64,000 nt of DNA, from assembly GCA_900088475.1 (NCBI GenBank), contig FLMG01002622.1:126575-190574 (forward strand), in the 5' to 3' direction. The translations under genes and the position numbers were made by a program. The DNA is from Hyphochytrium catenoides (Eukaryota; Protista; Hyphochytriomycota). How positions within the stretch are numbered: position 1 is the first letter of the stretch; each line of letters starts with the position of its first letter. Below are positions 13,543-26,994 of this stretch, piece by piece. Below the pieces are notes generated by a model. It made no database searches and was not told where the DNA came from. It saw only the letters and a program-made list of their open reading frames with translations.

Positions 13543-14054
13543 CCTCCGAGTTTCTTAGGGCTCTAGAGTGCGCTGCCTCGTCTCTCTCTCTCTCTCTCTC
13601 TCTTTTGCTTTCTCAGTCTCCTCGTCCACAGCTATCTTGTCTAGATGGGCCACAGAAGTCACCCTTCGCTTCTCTCTCCAGTTTGATTCTCTATGTCTTT
13701 ATACTGAGATCGTGTTGAGCTCATCCTCTGTCATCCTGGTTCTCTCTCTCTCTCTCTCTTTTTCTCTCTCTCTTTCTCTCTCTCTCTGTCTCTCGGTCCT
13801 GTCTCTCGTACTCTCTCTCTCCACCGCCAGTATAAATTGTTTCCAAGACTCTAGGTGGCGCTGTGTTGCGGGCTTCAGCCTCTCCCTTTGCCTCTCGTCC
13901 GTCCTGGCCGAGGAAGATTGATCTTTGTTGTCTCTCAAGAACCAGTGCCATGTTGAACCATGTTCAACCTGCGCGCTCAGAGACGAGAGGAGGAGAGAGG
14001 AGAGAGAGCAGAACATTGAGGGAGGGAAGGGGAAAGAGAGAGAGAGAGCGAGAG

Positions 14055-14122
<68 letters not shown>

Positions 14123-14389
14123 GAGATTTCGATAATCGAGACAGAGTGGAAGATATCCCTCAGGTTATACAACAAATAATCACCAGACCCAATGTTCAAC
14201 TATTTACGGTTAGCCGAATATAACATCAAAATCTCTCTATAGCACATCTCACCGGAAGGTGTATTACTATTTTCCAATATCAGCGCTTATAATTGGGGCC
14301 TTTAATTAGCTTCGGCTTATGATTAGAACAGTGAAGAAAACTGTGGAGCTATGGTGGAAGGAGAGCGCCAGAGAGAGGAAAGAGCAACA

Positions 14390-14441
<52 letters not shown>

Positions 14442-14578
14442 TAACAAGGAGCGATGACGATGAGAGAGAAAGAGGACGTCAAAGAAAAGGGAGAGAGCGA
14501 GAGAGCTAGAGAGAGAGAGAGCTAGAGGGACCGAGAGAGAGAGAAAGAGAAAGAGAAAGAGAATTGCTGTGGCCTTCC

Positions 14579-15160
14579 TTAGCGCGTTTGAAGATTATTG
14601 TTACAGAGCAAAGAGCGAAACTCTTCCGAGCAGAAGTCGGCGCCTCTGATATAGTTCCCATCGCTCGGCCCTACTACCTCCGTCTCTTCTTCTCTCTCTC
14701 TCTCTCTCTCCCCGTCTATCATTTCTCTCTTCTCTCTTTCCTCTCTCTCTCCCTCTCTCTTCGTCTCTTCTCTCTTAGCTGCTGCGAGCATGCCGTCCAC
14801 AGAGAGAGAACGAGGGAGAAAAGGAGGCTTTGTCTGTCTTAGCAAGGCAAAATTGACGGTGGAGAAGAAAGGATGACTCTTGATGGCAACCGAAGACTGC
14901 ATCCGCTTCTCTTCCTCCTTCATAGAGAGACCAAAGAGAGAGAGATAAGATTGCGAGAGAGAGAGAGAGAGAGAGCATTAGATAGAGAGAAAGGGAGAGA
15001 GAGAGGATTAGAGAAAGAGAGAGAGAGAGACTAGATTGAGAGAGTAAGAGAGAGAGAGAGGTGTCAGGAAGGTGTACAAAGCGAGAGAAGAGAGCGCGGA
15101 ATGTGGGACGGAACAATGGACATGAAAGGTAATGAAATCTCGAGAGAAACTCAAACACGA

Positions 15161-15195
<35 letters not shown>

Positions 15196-15337
15196 CTACC
15201 TTGACAAGAAGCAACTCTATGAGATCCTTGAGCTCTCGGGAATGCTGATAATAACTTGGAAACTGCACTTCTTGCTCCAAGATCTTCTCCAAAGTCTCAG
15301 GCTGAATAGGGAGATCATAAGCACGAGAAGAAGAAGA

Positions 15338-15370
<33 letters not shown>

Positions 15371-15402
15371 GAAGAAAAGAAGGGGGATAGAGAGAGAGAA
15401 CA

Positions 15403-15468
<66 letters not shown>

Positions 15469-15701
15469 AGAAGGATAGAGAGAGAGAAGGGATAGAGCGA
15501 TTAGAGAGAAGGAGAGAAAGAGATTAAGAAAGAGAGAGAAGATGGTGGCGCAGGGAGGAAAGAGAGAGGGAAGGGAGAGACCAACAAAGAGAGAAAGAGA
15601 GCAGCCAAGCAGGAAAGTGAGGCTGAGATTTTAGCCAACATAGATTGAAAGCAAACAGAAGATTGCGAGGACGATTGAGAAGAGAGAAGGCGGACATAGG
15701 G

Positions 15702-15753
<52 letters not shown>

Positions 15754-16309
15754 ACTGACCACTGTGGTTCCGACGAAGGGCGTCCTTCCTACAGCCATTT
15801 CGTAAAGAAGCACGCCTTCATTATAGACAAAGGCAAAAAGGTAAGAGAGAGAGAGACATTTTTGCTTAGAAACGGAGACCATCTGAGATGGTCACGAAGA
15901 GAGAGAGAGAGAAAGAGAGCAAGAAAGGAGGGAGAGACAGAACATTTTAGGGGAGAAGATGACTTTGACAGAAGAAATTGAGAGAGAAAGGGCGGAAGGG
16001 AGACCAACATAGAGCAGGAGATAGGTCAGAGGAGATAGGCGAAGAGAAGGGAGAGCAGCAGCAACCATAAGGAGACTGGCAGAGAGAGAGAGCAAGGAGA
16101 GAGGATCAAAGAGTAGGCCTGATGGCCACATAAGAGAGAAAGAGAGACACACAGAGAGAGAGAGAGAGAGAGAGATGTGACCTCCAGCACCTTACCAAAG
16201 GTCCACCAGTCCACGTTTCCGGAGTAAGATTCTCCCTTTATTACCTGCGGAATACCAGGCGAGAGCCAGAGTCTGAGAGATGAGATGGGTGGGTCCAGGT
16301 ACCTAACTT

Positions 16310-16378
<69 letters not shown>

Positions 16379-17051
16379 CTATATCTGTTTCTCTCTTGGA
16401 TCTACTCACCTCAGGTGCCACGTACTCTAAAGTGCCTACAAAAGATTTGGAGCGCGTCACTCTGAGATGACTCTCTGTCTCTATCACTGGAAAGTCCTCA
16501 AGGGACATACGAGAAGAAGAAAGAGAAAACCTTCTCTCCCGTGAAGATCTCTCTTTTCTCTCCCCGCTAGATAAGCTAGTGAAGGTTGAAGAGAGAGAAA
16601 CAGTTTTGGAGGAAGAGGAGAGAGAAGAGAGAGAAGCTTCATCCTCGTGCATGCCTTTATCTTCTTCTGCCGGCAATTCTCTCTGTTTGGGAGGACTGGC
16701 AGAGAATGTCGGTAAGAAAGGAATGTCTCCTTCTCTCTCTCTCTCTAGAGTTTCTCTTCTAGTTTCCGACTCTCTTCTCTTCCCTGCTGTCTCTGTTTTT
16801 TTACCTCTGTTACCTTTCTCATCGTTCGACGGTTCTCACTGGTATGGCAAACTTCTCTCCTCTTCGGTCATTTCGTCCCTTGCGCTCCTAACTGTTTCCC
16901 TCCTTACTATATGTCTCTGTTCTCTCTCTCTGTCTCTGTCTCTATTTTCTCTCTCTCTCTTCCCTACTTTCTTTCTTTCTCTCTCTCTCTCTCTCTCTCT
17001 CTGTTCTTTTCCTTTCTAACTCTCTCTCTCTCTCTTCCTCCCCACCCCCCA

Positions 17052-17086
<35 letters not shown>

Positions 17087-17328
17087 CTCTCTCCCTAGGT
17101 CCCCCTCTTACCCGACGAGACTGGACTTTGATCCAAAGAGAGCCTTCAAGCTACGGTTCGAGCTCGTCAAATGCTTGAGAGAGGCGCCTGACGCTTTCCT
17201 ATTTCGTGGCGACTCTGCCGCGCTGGCCCCGCCCCAGGAGAAGGCGCGAGAGAGGTCAAAGTCAGAGAGAAGAAGAAAGCCATTGGACTGGAGGAGGAGA
17301 TTCTCGGGCTTGAGATCTGGGGAAGGGA

Positions 17329-17397
<69 letters not shown>

Positions 17398-17812
17398 GAG
17401 AGCGAGCGACAGAGCGTGAGTGAGAGAGAGAGAAAGGTAACAGGAGGGGGGAGAGGAGAACCACAGAAGGGAGAGAGAGAGATGGAAGAGTGAAACCGGA
17501 GATAAGGAGAAAGCGAAGAGAACCCGAATTCGTGAGGGAGCCAAAGAGAGAAAAGGGCAAGAATAGAGAAACAACCATCAGATCGTAGGGACGAGTGGAA
17601 AGGTAAAAGGAACAGCTCAACTGCTTGCATCTCTCTCTCCTAACTTTTTTTTTTGTCTTTCTGTTTGTTTGTCGGTCTCTCTCTTTCCCTCTCATTATGT
17701 TCACGACTTTCTTTCGCTGTTGTCTCCGCAAGGTACCCTGAATCGAGCTCTTTGCTGTGTGTTCCTCCCCCTCCCCCTTCCGCTTATTTCTCCTTGCTAT
17801 CTCTCTTTGTGC

Positions 17813-17889
<77 letters not shown>

Positions 17890-18297
17890 CTCTCTCGCTC
17901 TCTCTCGCTCTCTCTTAATGCCCTGTCTCTTTACTTCTGCATCTTGTCTCGTCCAAGGCTCTCCTTTTCTTTTACCTCTATAGACATATCCTCGGAGATG
18001 AATGTACTCCAGCGCTGTCAACACCTGAGACGCGTAGAATCGTATCTCCTTCTCCTGCAGAAGAGAAAGACTCATCAGCAAGAGGGAAGAGACGCCATCA
18101 ACTCACCATGAAGAAGAGGGAGAGAAGGGGAGAGAGAGAGAGGGGAGAGAGAGAGAGAGAGAGAGAGAAGAAGGTACAGAATGGGGCACGAAAGGAGGAG
18201 AGAGAGTGGGGATTGATAATGATAAAGAGAGACTGAGGGTTGTAGAGAACAAGTTAGAAAGAGAGAAATGAACAGAATGAGAGCGAGACACACACAT

Positions 18298-18330
<33 letters not shown>

Positions 18331-20058
18331 GAGAGGTCCGTCACAGACCTTCAAAGGGTCTCTCTTTCTCTTCTTGAGATAGTCGAAGAAGGTGCCTCCC
18401 GCGCCATAAGTCATCAGAAGGAAGAGGCGGCTCGAGGTCTGGAAGCTCGCGTACAGATTCACGATAAAAGGATGAGAAGCACTGCGAAGGAAATCAATCT
18501 CCGGAATCCGGACGGACGTATCCTAAGAGAGACGAGAGAGAAAGAAAGAGAGAGAGAGAGAGAGAGAGGGTGAGAGAAAAGGTAGACGAAGAAGAAGGAG
18601 AATAATGAGGGAAGCTCTGAGAAGGGCGCCAAGCTAAAGAGAACCTGATTGAGGACAAAGGACAGGGAGAGGGGCCGGGAGAGAGTGAGGTCGAGAGAAA
18701 GTGGGAAAAGAGAGGGAGAGAGAGGATGTTTTCGACAAGAGAGAGAAAAACATAAGAGAATTCGAGAAGAGACAAGGTGACGGGACTAATTAGGGAGGGC
18801 CGCACCGAATAAAATGGAGGGACTCACTGGAAGACAGTAGTAGCGGGACGACTGAGAGATAAGAACAGAGAGAGAGAGAGAGAATGATGAGAAGAAGAAG
18901 AAAAAGGAGAGAGGCGTGATGCAAGGGGAGAAAGATACTGAAGGGACACAGCGATGGCGCATTAACGTTATCAAACCTCTGGCTTCCTTCTCAAGTGGCC
19001 TTTCTGGAGCTCTTTTAGCGCGAAGAAATGACCAGGTATCCTCTATACAAGAGAGAGAGAAGAGGGAGAGAGAGAGAGAGAGAGAAAGAGTTATAAGGTG
19101 GGGAGAAAGAGGGAGTGAAGAGGCTTCAGGAAGGAGAGGGAAAAGGCTGCTTTACATGAGATGCGCGAGATAGAAGAGACAGAGAGAGACAAGAGAGTAC
19201 ATAGCGATAATAGATTACGACGAGAGAAATTAGAGCGGAGGCCCCCGTTCTGCATGCAGAGAAAGGGAGAGAGACAGAGAGAGAGGGAGAGGATCAAAAG
19301 GAGAGAATAAAGAGAATGTTGATATGTGTCCTGACGAAAAAATACACAGCTTTAGGTATAGTATCCCTGAGATTAGGAGTGATGGGAAGAGAGCGGCAAG
19401 AGAGAGGAAGAGAGATATTGACGAAGGCAAAGAAGTATATTGGCAAACGCAAGCACGGGAAAGAGACGAAAGGAAAGAGAAAGAGAAGAAGAGAGCAGGC
19501 GTAACAGAGAAACAGGAAAGAGTCTCTTCTGACCTTGTGGGCCACAAGCCACACTTTCCCAACATTTCCCTTTCCCAAGACCTTGATCCAGGTGAATTCC
19601 TCTAAAGATTTGATTGGATGCTTCTTGCTTTCTCTCTCTCTCTGTCTCTCTTTTTTCTCTGGTCCCTCTTCCTCCTTCTGCCCCCTAAAGGAATGGACAG
19701 CAGCGTCTTCCATCTCTTTCCTCCCCTCCTCAGTTTCTCTCTCCATTTCGAGGCTGTCTTCTTCGTCCTCTTCCTCTTCTGAAATGTAGGCAATGTCTGA
19801 GGCGATGTCACTGTCATGGAGAGAGGATTGAGAGAAAGAGAGTGTCTCTCTCTTGTTGTCACTCTCTTTCTGTATGTGTCTTTGCGTTTGCTCTTCTGCC
19901 TTTGTTCTCTCTATCTTCTCTTCTTGCAACGTCTCTTCTTGCTCTGTCTCTCTCCCTCTCTCAATTTTGGGCAAAGCTGTCTCTCTAGTGCGTACCCGTG
20001 TAAGCCATGCTCTTAGGCCAAACACTCCAGAAAGAGAAGAGGCGGTGGCTGTGACCAT
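14579..20058 (-). CDS. AGC-group Ser/Thr kinase, Nrc-2/Fpk1/phototropin-kinase-like (DFD subfamily), 10 exons: 20058-19534, 19042-18977, 18522-18349, 18054-17976, 17316-17112, 16695-16410, 16244-16196, 15815-15760, 15301-15200, 14917-14579
   Basis: Motifs LGKGNVGKVWL, FFALKEL, HPFIVNLYASFQT, YVYRDLKPENLLL, LSDFDLS, long VII-VIII insert, [58 protein letters not shown]. The start Met is assumed. Confidence 0.92.
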
Positions 20059-20456
20059 GACTGCCTTCTCTCTCTTCTTCTTGCACCACTTTCTCTTATC
20101 CCTCTCTTCTTTTGCTTCTCGCTCTTTCCTTCTAATGTGACTCTCCCTCTCTCATGTTTCAGTCTCTGCTTTATCTTTTTCTGGGAGTGTTCTCTTTCTT
20201 CCTTTATCACCCTGAGACCCTGACACTAGAGAGAAAGAGAGACAGAAAGAGAAAGAACTTGTCCCACGCTTCCTAAAATGACAAGAGAGAGACAAATATG
20301 TGTCGCCGCTCCATCTCAAGCTCTACCTGATTCTTCCTGTCAGTGTCCCAACCCTTTTTAGCAGACCTCCCACAGTGCCTTCATGATCTGTTACACATGC
20401 AGAGGCTAATGGGGATCTTCTCTCTGTGTCTTTCTCGCCTTAAATCTTCTCTCTCT

Positions 20457-20512
<56 letters not shown>

Positions 20513-21077
20513 TCCTTGGCTTCTTAGCTTCGTATACCCGTTTACTCATCCTCCCTTCCTCTCGCAGCTTTGTATCACTTCTTCTTGTCGGCCTTGCCTA
20601 TTTGTTTCTCTCTTCCTCTCCTTTCCGCTCCATAATATTATTTCCCTTTCTGCTCTTTCTATCTTTCTGTCTCTTCTTTCTCTCTGTCTCTCTCCCCCCT
20701 TTCTAATCCTTTGCGTTTCTTCCAATTCTCTCTCTTCTCTTGTCTTCTCTCCCCCTTCTCTTTTCCTTTTCCTGTCCTTGTAGTCCACTGGCTCTTTCTT
20801 TAGAATGTGTTCAGTGATGTCACAGAGATAACGGACGATAGGGCTAGAGTGCACCATCATCCACATTCTTGACACTTAGCGCTTATAATGTCAATATCTT
20901 TGAATACTGTCCAATAGTGTTTAGAATAAGGCTTCGAACATCAGCCTTCATTCTGATAGAACACTGACCCGTTACAATTCTAAATATAATCTATAGTCAT
21001 TAGGACTAAGCTCAGTTTAAATCTGTCCTATCCAGGATATATGAGCCAAAACAGACCTAAAGTGAGTATATTCCTTC

Positions 21078-21149
21078 CAGCCAATCACCGATGAGGATAA
21101 GAATAGAACAACCAATCAGATCGCCCTTGATAAACCAGTATCCAATGAA
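21078..21149 (+). promoter_or_regulatory. Three CCAAT boxes in the divergent kinase/NmrA intergenic island
   Basis: CCAAT at 21081, 21112 and 21142; the first reads CAGCCAATCA. The segment is free of microsatellite. Confidence 0.5.
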
Positions 21150-21475
21150 AAGGCCACAAGTCTGACCACTAACAGGATGATTTGAGCCCTCGCAAGTGTA
21201 TGTCGCCCAAGAATGTGCGTAAAATCTGTTAATCATTCGTCAGTGGGTGTTCCATAATACGGATAAGGAGCGCTCCTTTCAGAAAAGCGTAGCTCTACCA
21301 TTTGGAGCGCTCCTTGACGTGCGATGGTATAACTTGAGCGTACATTGTGGCACGGGCGTAGGTAAAACGAAAAGGGAGAGAGGAAAGGTGCGGATGCTGG
21401 AGGTCGATGGAGAAGGGGTAAGACAGAGAGGACAGAGGACAAGAGAGAGAGAAAGAGAGAGAGAGAGTGCGTGAG

Positions 21476-21510
<35 letters not shown>

Positions 21511-21923
21511 GGGAAAGAGAGAGAGACAGAAAGCGAGAGAGAGAGAGACATTTCGCTGAGGACGACGTGTATCTTGTGAAGTACAGAAAGATATCGAATG
21601 AGGAAGAATAGCAACGAAGCTTGCTCTGCTAAAAGCTTTCACCACTCAGTTCCTTCATATCTCTCTTTCAGCGTCACCTCCTGCTAGTAGGAGTTTAGAA
21701 GATAGATGATGAGGAAGAGAATGAGAATCAGAGTCTCCATTCGTGTCGTCCTGCTTTTGTTGACCTCTTTCTCTCTCTTCTTGGACGTTCTTCCCAGGCT
21801 TCCCTCACACTTCTTTTTTTCCTCCGCAGTGAGCTGGTCTACAGTCCAAGACAGTACAGAGATAGAGTCCTACGAAGAGGGCTAGACTGAAATAACCTAG
21901 GGAAGGAGAGACTGACGATAAAG

Positions 21924-23657
21924 ATGGTAGAGAGAGACTTATCCTCCTCACACGGGGGGAGAGAGACAAAGGTGGTTGCCCTCGCTGGTGTCGGGGGCCT
22001 TGGGTCTCACGTGCTCGAAGTGATGCTTCGACAACTCTCTCTCTCTCTGTCCTCCTCTCCCTCTCCATCAACAACAACTTCTTCTTTCCCTTCATCTTCT
22101 TCTCTATATCAACCTCTCGTCCTCACGAGAAAGAATGGCGGAGGCTTCTCTCTCTCCCATTCTTTCTCCGCTGAAGATGAGGAGAAGGTGCTGGTTGAGC
22201 CGGTGGACTATCAAGACGTAGAGGACCTTAGAGGCGTCTTCGTCAAGCATAAAGTGTATGCCGTCGTCTCCTTCCTCAACCTTCTCATGGAGCCGAAGAT
22301 CCATCAGCAGGTGCACGAGAATATGATAAGGGCAGCCGAGATTGCCGGGGTCAAGCGGTTCATTCCCAGCGAATGGGCAACAGATGTCCGAAAGTAAGTG
22401 ATTCAGCGTGGAAGAGAAGAAAGTAGGAAAATAGAGAGACAAAGAGAGAGGGAGAGAGAGAACAAGAGAGACACACATAGTTCTAGAGAAACGACCGGAG
22501 AAAGAGATAATAAGAGAGACGGAGACAGATCGAGAACGTGTGAAGAGCCTGAGACAGAGGGAGAAGAGATAGATAGAGAGGGAGACACCAAAGGCAAGCA
22601 AGTCACGGGCAGGAGTCAACGTCCAAAGAAGGAAGAAGAGGAGAAGAACATAGAAGACCCGGCTGACACTTTTATTGGCTTTTTCTTCTTCTTTCGTCTA
22701 GGTTCCCGGACTTCCCTGCGTTGTACAGTGGAAAGATCCCTATAAGAGAGGCTCTCGCACGCTCCTCTTCTCTTGAGTATACTCTTCCCTGCACGGGCCT
22801 CTTTATGGACTATCTTCTCCCTCCAGGAGGAAAGAAGTTCTTGAAAGATGTCTCTATTCCTGTCAACATTCAGAAGAGAATTGCCAAGATTCCCGGGACA
22901 GGGAACGAAGCAGTGACCCTAACTGCTGGAGAAGACATAGGAAAAGCTGTGGTTTGGCTTTTGGACAGGCCCAAAGGGTCTTGGCCCATCTTCTCTTACA
23001 TCAGAGGAGAGACGACCACCTGGAACCAAGTGCTTCAGGAGGCAGAGAGAGTCATCGGTAAGTCATTTCTCTCTTCCCTTGGTGGTTCTATTGTTGCCAT
23101 TATTAGTGCCTGTCTTCCTCTCTCTTGCTGAACTTCGTCGTCTTCTTTTTCTCCCTCTGTCTCGCGGTCTGTGTCTCTCTTTCCCCCTGCCCCAACCCAT
23201 CTCTCTCTCTCTCTCTCTTCGTTTGTCTGTCAGACTGTCTCTCTATCTGGCTGCTGTCAGACTGTCTGCTCTCTCTCTCTCTCTCTCTCTCTCTCTAGCT
23301 TCTCTCTCTTATAGAGTCTATTTTTATCATCGGGAAGAGACTCTTGACCTTCTATGCCCCTCCCTTCAACCCTTTAACTCACTGTTCTCAAATGTAGGAG
23401 TTCCCTTCTCAGTAGAATACGTTCCCGAAGAAATGATAGAGAGAGAGATAGCCATCGCGAGAGAGAAAGGGAACCCTCTCCCTCTCTTCTATGCCGAAGT
23501 TGACGCACTCTACTCTCATGGGGCGTTGGGTCTCCCTGAGGGAGAATTTGAGGGGGAAGTGAGAGAGAGAATGACGGTCAGCAGACTGATAAGGGAGAGC
23601 TACTCATCTTCTTCCACTTCTTCGCCAGCAGTACCTACATCTCCGTCTCTCTCCTGA
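21924..23657 (+). CDS. NmrA-like / isoflavone-reductase-like atypical SDR; exons 21924-22393, 22702-23057, 23398-23657
   Basis: Rossmann motif VALAGVGGLG, AAEIAGVKRFIPSEW, YSGK, EYTLPCTGLFMDY and LTAGEDIGKAV. Both introns are frame-preserving GT-AG. Confidence 0.9.
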
Positions 23658-23738
23658 TAGACCCGACTAAACGGTTGATGATGATGATCACAGTAATGAA
23701 TGACTCACTCTGTTGTTGTTCCTCCTCTGGTGCTGTCA

Positions 23739-23778
<40 letters not shown>

Positions 23779-25280
23779 CTCTCTCTCTCTCGCACACTCA
23801 CCTTGTCTCTCTCTCGCTCTCGTCTCTCTCGCTCTCGTTTTCTCTCTCTCTCTCTATTCTCACACACTCACCTTCTCTCTCTCGTCTTTCTCGCTCTCGT
23901 TTTTTCTTTCTCCTCTCTCTCTCTCTCTCTCTCTCTTTCCCTCTTATTCTAATGAGAGAGGAGAGAGAGAGACACCAAGAGGAACCGTTGTCCATAGTAA
24001 ACAATAAAAAGGCCAACTCGAAGAAGGTAACTGCAGAAAAGGAGGAGAAACAAAAAAATTAATGGGCGATTTTGTATGAATAAACTTCATAAAAATGGCT
24101 TCCATAAAGTGAGAAAAGAGCGGATGGCTTATTTAGGAAAACAGTGCAGAAGCCAAATAACAAATAAGGAAATTTTTTATAAATTGAAATGGGAATAAAA
24201 CTTTGTACTTCAACTTCCAAAACATCGACGAGACAGAAGGGACAATGAATGAAAAACTAGAGAGACTGTGAAAAAGAGAGCCAGAGAGAGAGGCCGCGAA
24301 AGAGAGACAGAGACAGAGAGAGAGAGAGAGAGAGGAAGAGGGGGGAGAGAGAGAGAATGGGAGACAGAGTAGAGAGAGAGAGACCACGAAAGAGAGACAG
24401 AGAGAGAGAGATAGGGGAGGGGGGGGGAGAGAGAGAGAGAGAATGGGAGACAGAGCAGAGAGAGAGAGAGTGAAGGTCGTATTCCTAAAGCAGTCTGGCA
24501 CTCTGATCCTTTGATCCTTGGGAGGACACTCACTCATTGTGGGCAGGGAGAGATAGTGGGCGAGAGGCAGAACATCAGAGAGAGAGAGAGAGGGAAAGAG
24601 ACATTGAATAGAGGGAGAGAGAGAGAGAGAAGAGAAAGAGAGAGAGAAAAGAGAGAGAGAGAAAGGGAGGGACGGACGCAGTTAGAGAAAGGGAGAAGTA
24701 TTGGGAAGCTGGTTGTAGGTGAGGAAGAGAGGGACCAAGAGGAGAGAGACGGAGGAACGATGAAGGCAACAACAGACAAACCGCAGAAGAAGGGAAGAAA
24801 GAAGAGGTGAGAGACAATCGAGAAGGGAGAGAGGATTTGAAGAGAGAGACGGTTAAAGAGAGAAACGAACGACAGAGAGAGAGAGAGAGAGAAAAAGAGA
24901 GAGAGAGAATGAGACGAAAGCTGCTCTTATAAGTGTCACTCCGAAAACTTCTCTCTGCAAAAGAATCAACGACGGCGCGAGTGTGAAGAGAGAACTATCC
25001 AGGAAGTGTGGGTAAGAGCTGCTCCTAGAATAGAGATAACAATCTCTCTCTCTCCTTCTTTCTCTCTTTCTCTCCGTGCTCCTCTGCATGTTCTTCATTT
25101 GTCCCGGGACTCCGCATTATATTAAGACTCCTGGCGCCTTTCTCTCCAAGGGCTGCTCTCTCTCTCTCTTGTGGTTGCTCTTCTCTTCAGAGGATATTTT
25201 CATCTTCTTCTTCGTTCATTACTTCCCTCTTCCGCGCCCTCTCTCTCTCTCCCTCTTTCTCTCTCGATGTCTCTCCCTCT

Positions 25281-25330
<50 letters not shown>

Positions 25331-25445
25331 CCTTTTATTGTTACCAAGGCGCTTACTTCTCCTTCTTCACGGATCTTCCTTCACCCGTTTGCTTTTGCGA
25401 AAGAAGACAGATAAAGGAAAGGATAAGAAAAGAGAGAGAACGAAC

Positions 25446-25742
25446 ATGGGCTCTTCTCTCTCTTCCTCAGCTTCCCCGCCACCGCTTCCGCCTGGCGTTC
25501 CCAAGTCTCTCCCGGGAGACATAGAAGAACTTCGGTCGTCTCTCTCTCCGCAAGCCAAGCTGATTCTCCCTTCTGACGCGCAGTACAACGAGCTTCGCCT
25601 ATCGAAGAGGTGGGAAAGGGAGAAAGAGGGACGTGGATGGAGAGGAAAGAGAAAGGAGAGGAGAAGCGACAGAGAGAGAGAGAGAGAGAAAAAGAGAGAA
25701 GGGGGAGAGAAAGAAGAGAGACAGAGAGAGGGAGACAGAGAG

Positions 25743-25781
<39 letters not shown>

Positions 25782-25961
25782 ATTCGACGGAGAGGGGAAG
25801 TGCGATGACTGCGAAGAGAAGAGAAGACTGTAAATAGAGAGAGAGAAAGAGAGAGACTTTACCTGTCCGTTCTGTAGCGATCTGTACCCTCTTTCTATCC
25901 AGCATCACCTTCCCTTTTTCTTTCCAATTATCCTCGCATCTTCTTCCGCCCACTTTCCCCC

Positions 25962-26010
<49 letters not shown>

Positions 26011-26675
26011 GAACATGGAATCGCGACTATGCTGGTTATCCGAGCGCCATTGTGGTTGTGGGAAACAAGGAAGATGTTGCTGCCGCGATAAAGTTCGCAG
26101 CCAAATATGAAGAGATAAAGTGCGCCGTCACCTGCGGAAGACACGGTGAGCAGTCCTCTTCCCCTCCAGTTTGTTGACCTCTTCTCTCTCTCTCTCTCTC
26201 TCTCATGCTCCCTCTTTCTTTTTCCCTCTTCTTACGGTCTCTCTCTCTTTGCTTCCAATGCATTGTCGCTGACTCTTTCTTTCTATATCTTTCTGTTCGT
26301 GGGGTCTCTTTCGTCCTCTCTCTCTTTCTCTCTTTTTCTCTCTTTTTCTCTCTCTCACTCTCTCTCTCTCACACCCACACAGGTGTGCATTGCTTGCCTA
26401 CGGACGCGATGGTCATTGACCTCAGGTGTGGCTTTCTGTGGAGTGTCTCTCTTCTTATCTATTTCCTTTCTCTCTTTGTAAGAGGCTCTCTCTTTCTTTT
26501 TTCACTTCTGCTTAATATCCCTCATCTTTTCTCTCTCTTCTGGAGCGTGACGGGCAGGGGGGCTTCCCTTCCCTCTCTTGCAACTCTTCCTATCTCTTCT
26601 CTCCTGTTCTCTCCCTGTTAGCCCTCCTACCAACTCTAGCGCCTGGTTCCAGACGGTCTCTCTCTCTCTCTCCTC

Positions 26676-26717
<42 letters not shown>

Positions 26718-26953
26718 TGTGTCCACCTTAGTACTCCCTGGTCACTCCTGTCTCTCTTCTCTTTCTCTCTCACACACACATCCTTTAACTCTCTCTCTCT
26801 CTCTCTTTTTCTGCCCTGCCAGTGAGCTGAATCATATTGAGGTGGACAAAGAGAGAAAGAGAGTGAAAGTCGGTGGAGGCTCCAGGTTGGGACAGATGGA
26901 CGAAGCGCTGGAGCCACACAAGTTAGCAGTCACCGCGGGTAAGGGCTGCTCTC

Positions 26954-26994
<41 letters not shown>

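Noticed and set aside
16836-16840. In-frame TGA upstream of kinase exon 6 suggesting readthrough or selenocysteine
   Set aside because: A good pyrimidine-rich acceptor at 16696 places this TGA in the intron.
21171-21230. Possible C/D snoRNA with AACAG/CTGTT terminal stem
   Set aside because: The C box is imperfect and there is no CTGA D box.
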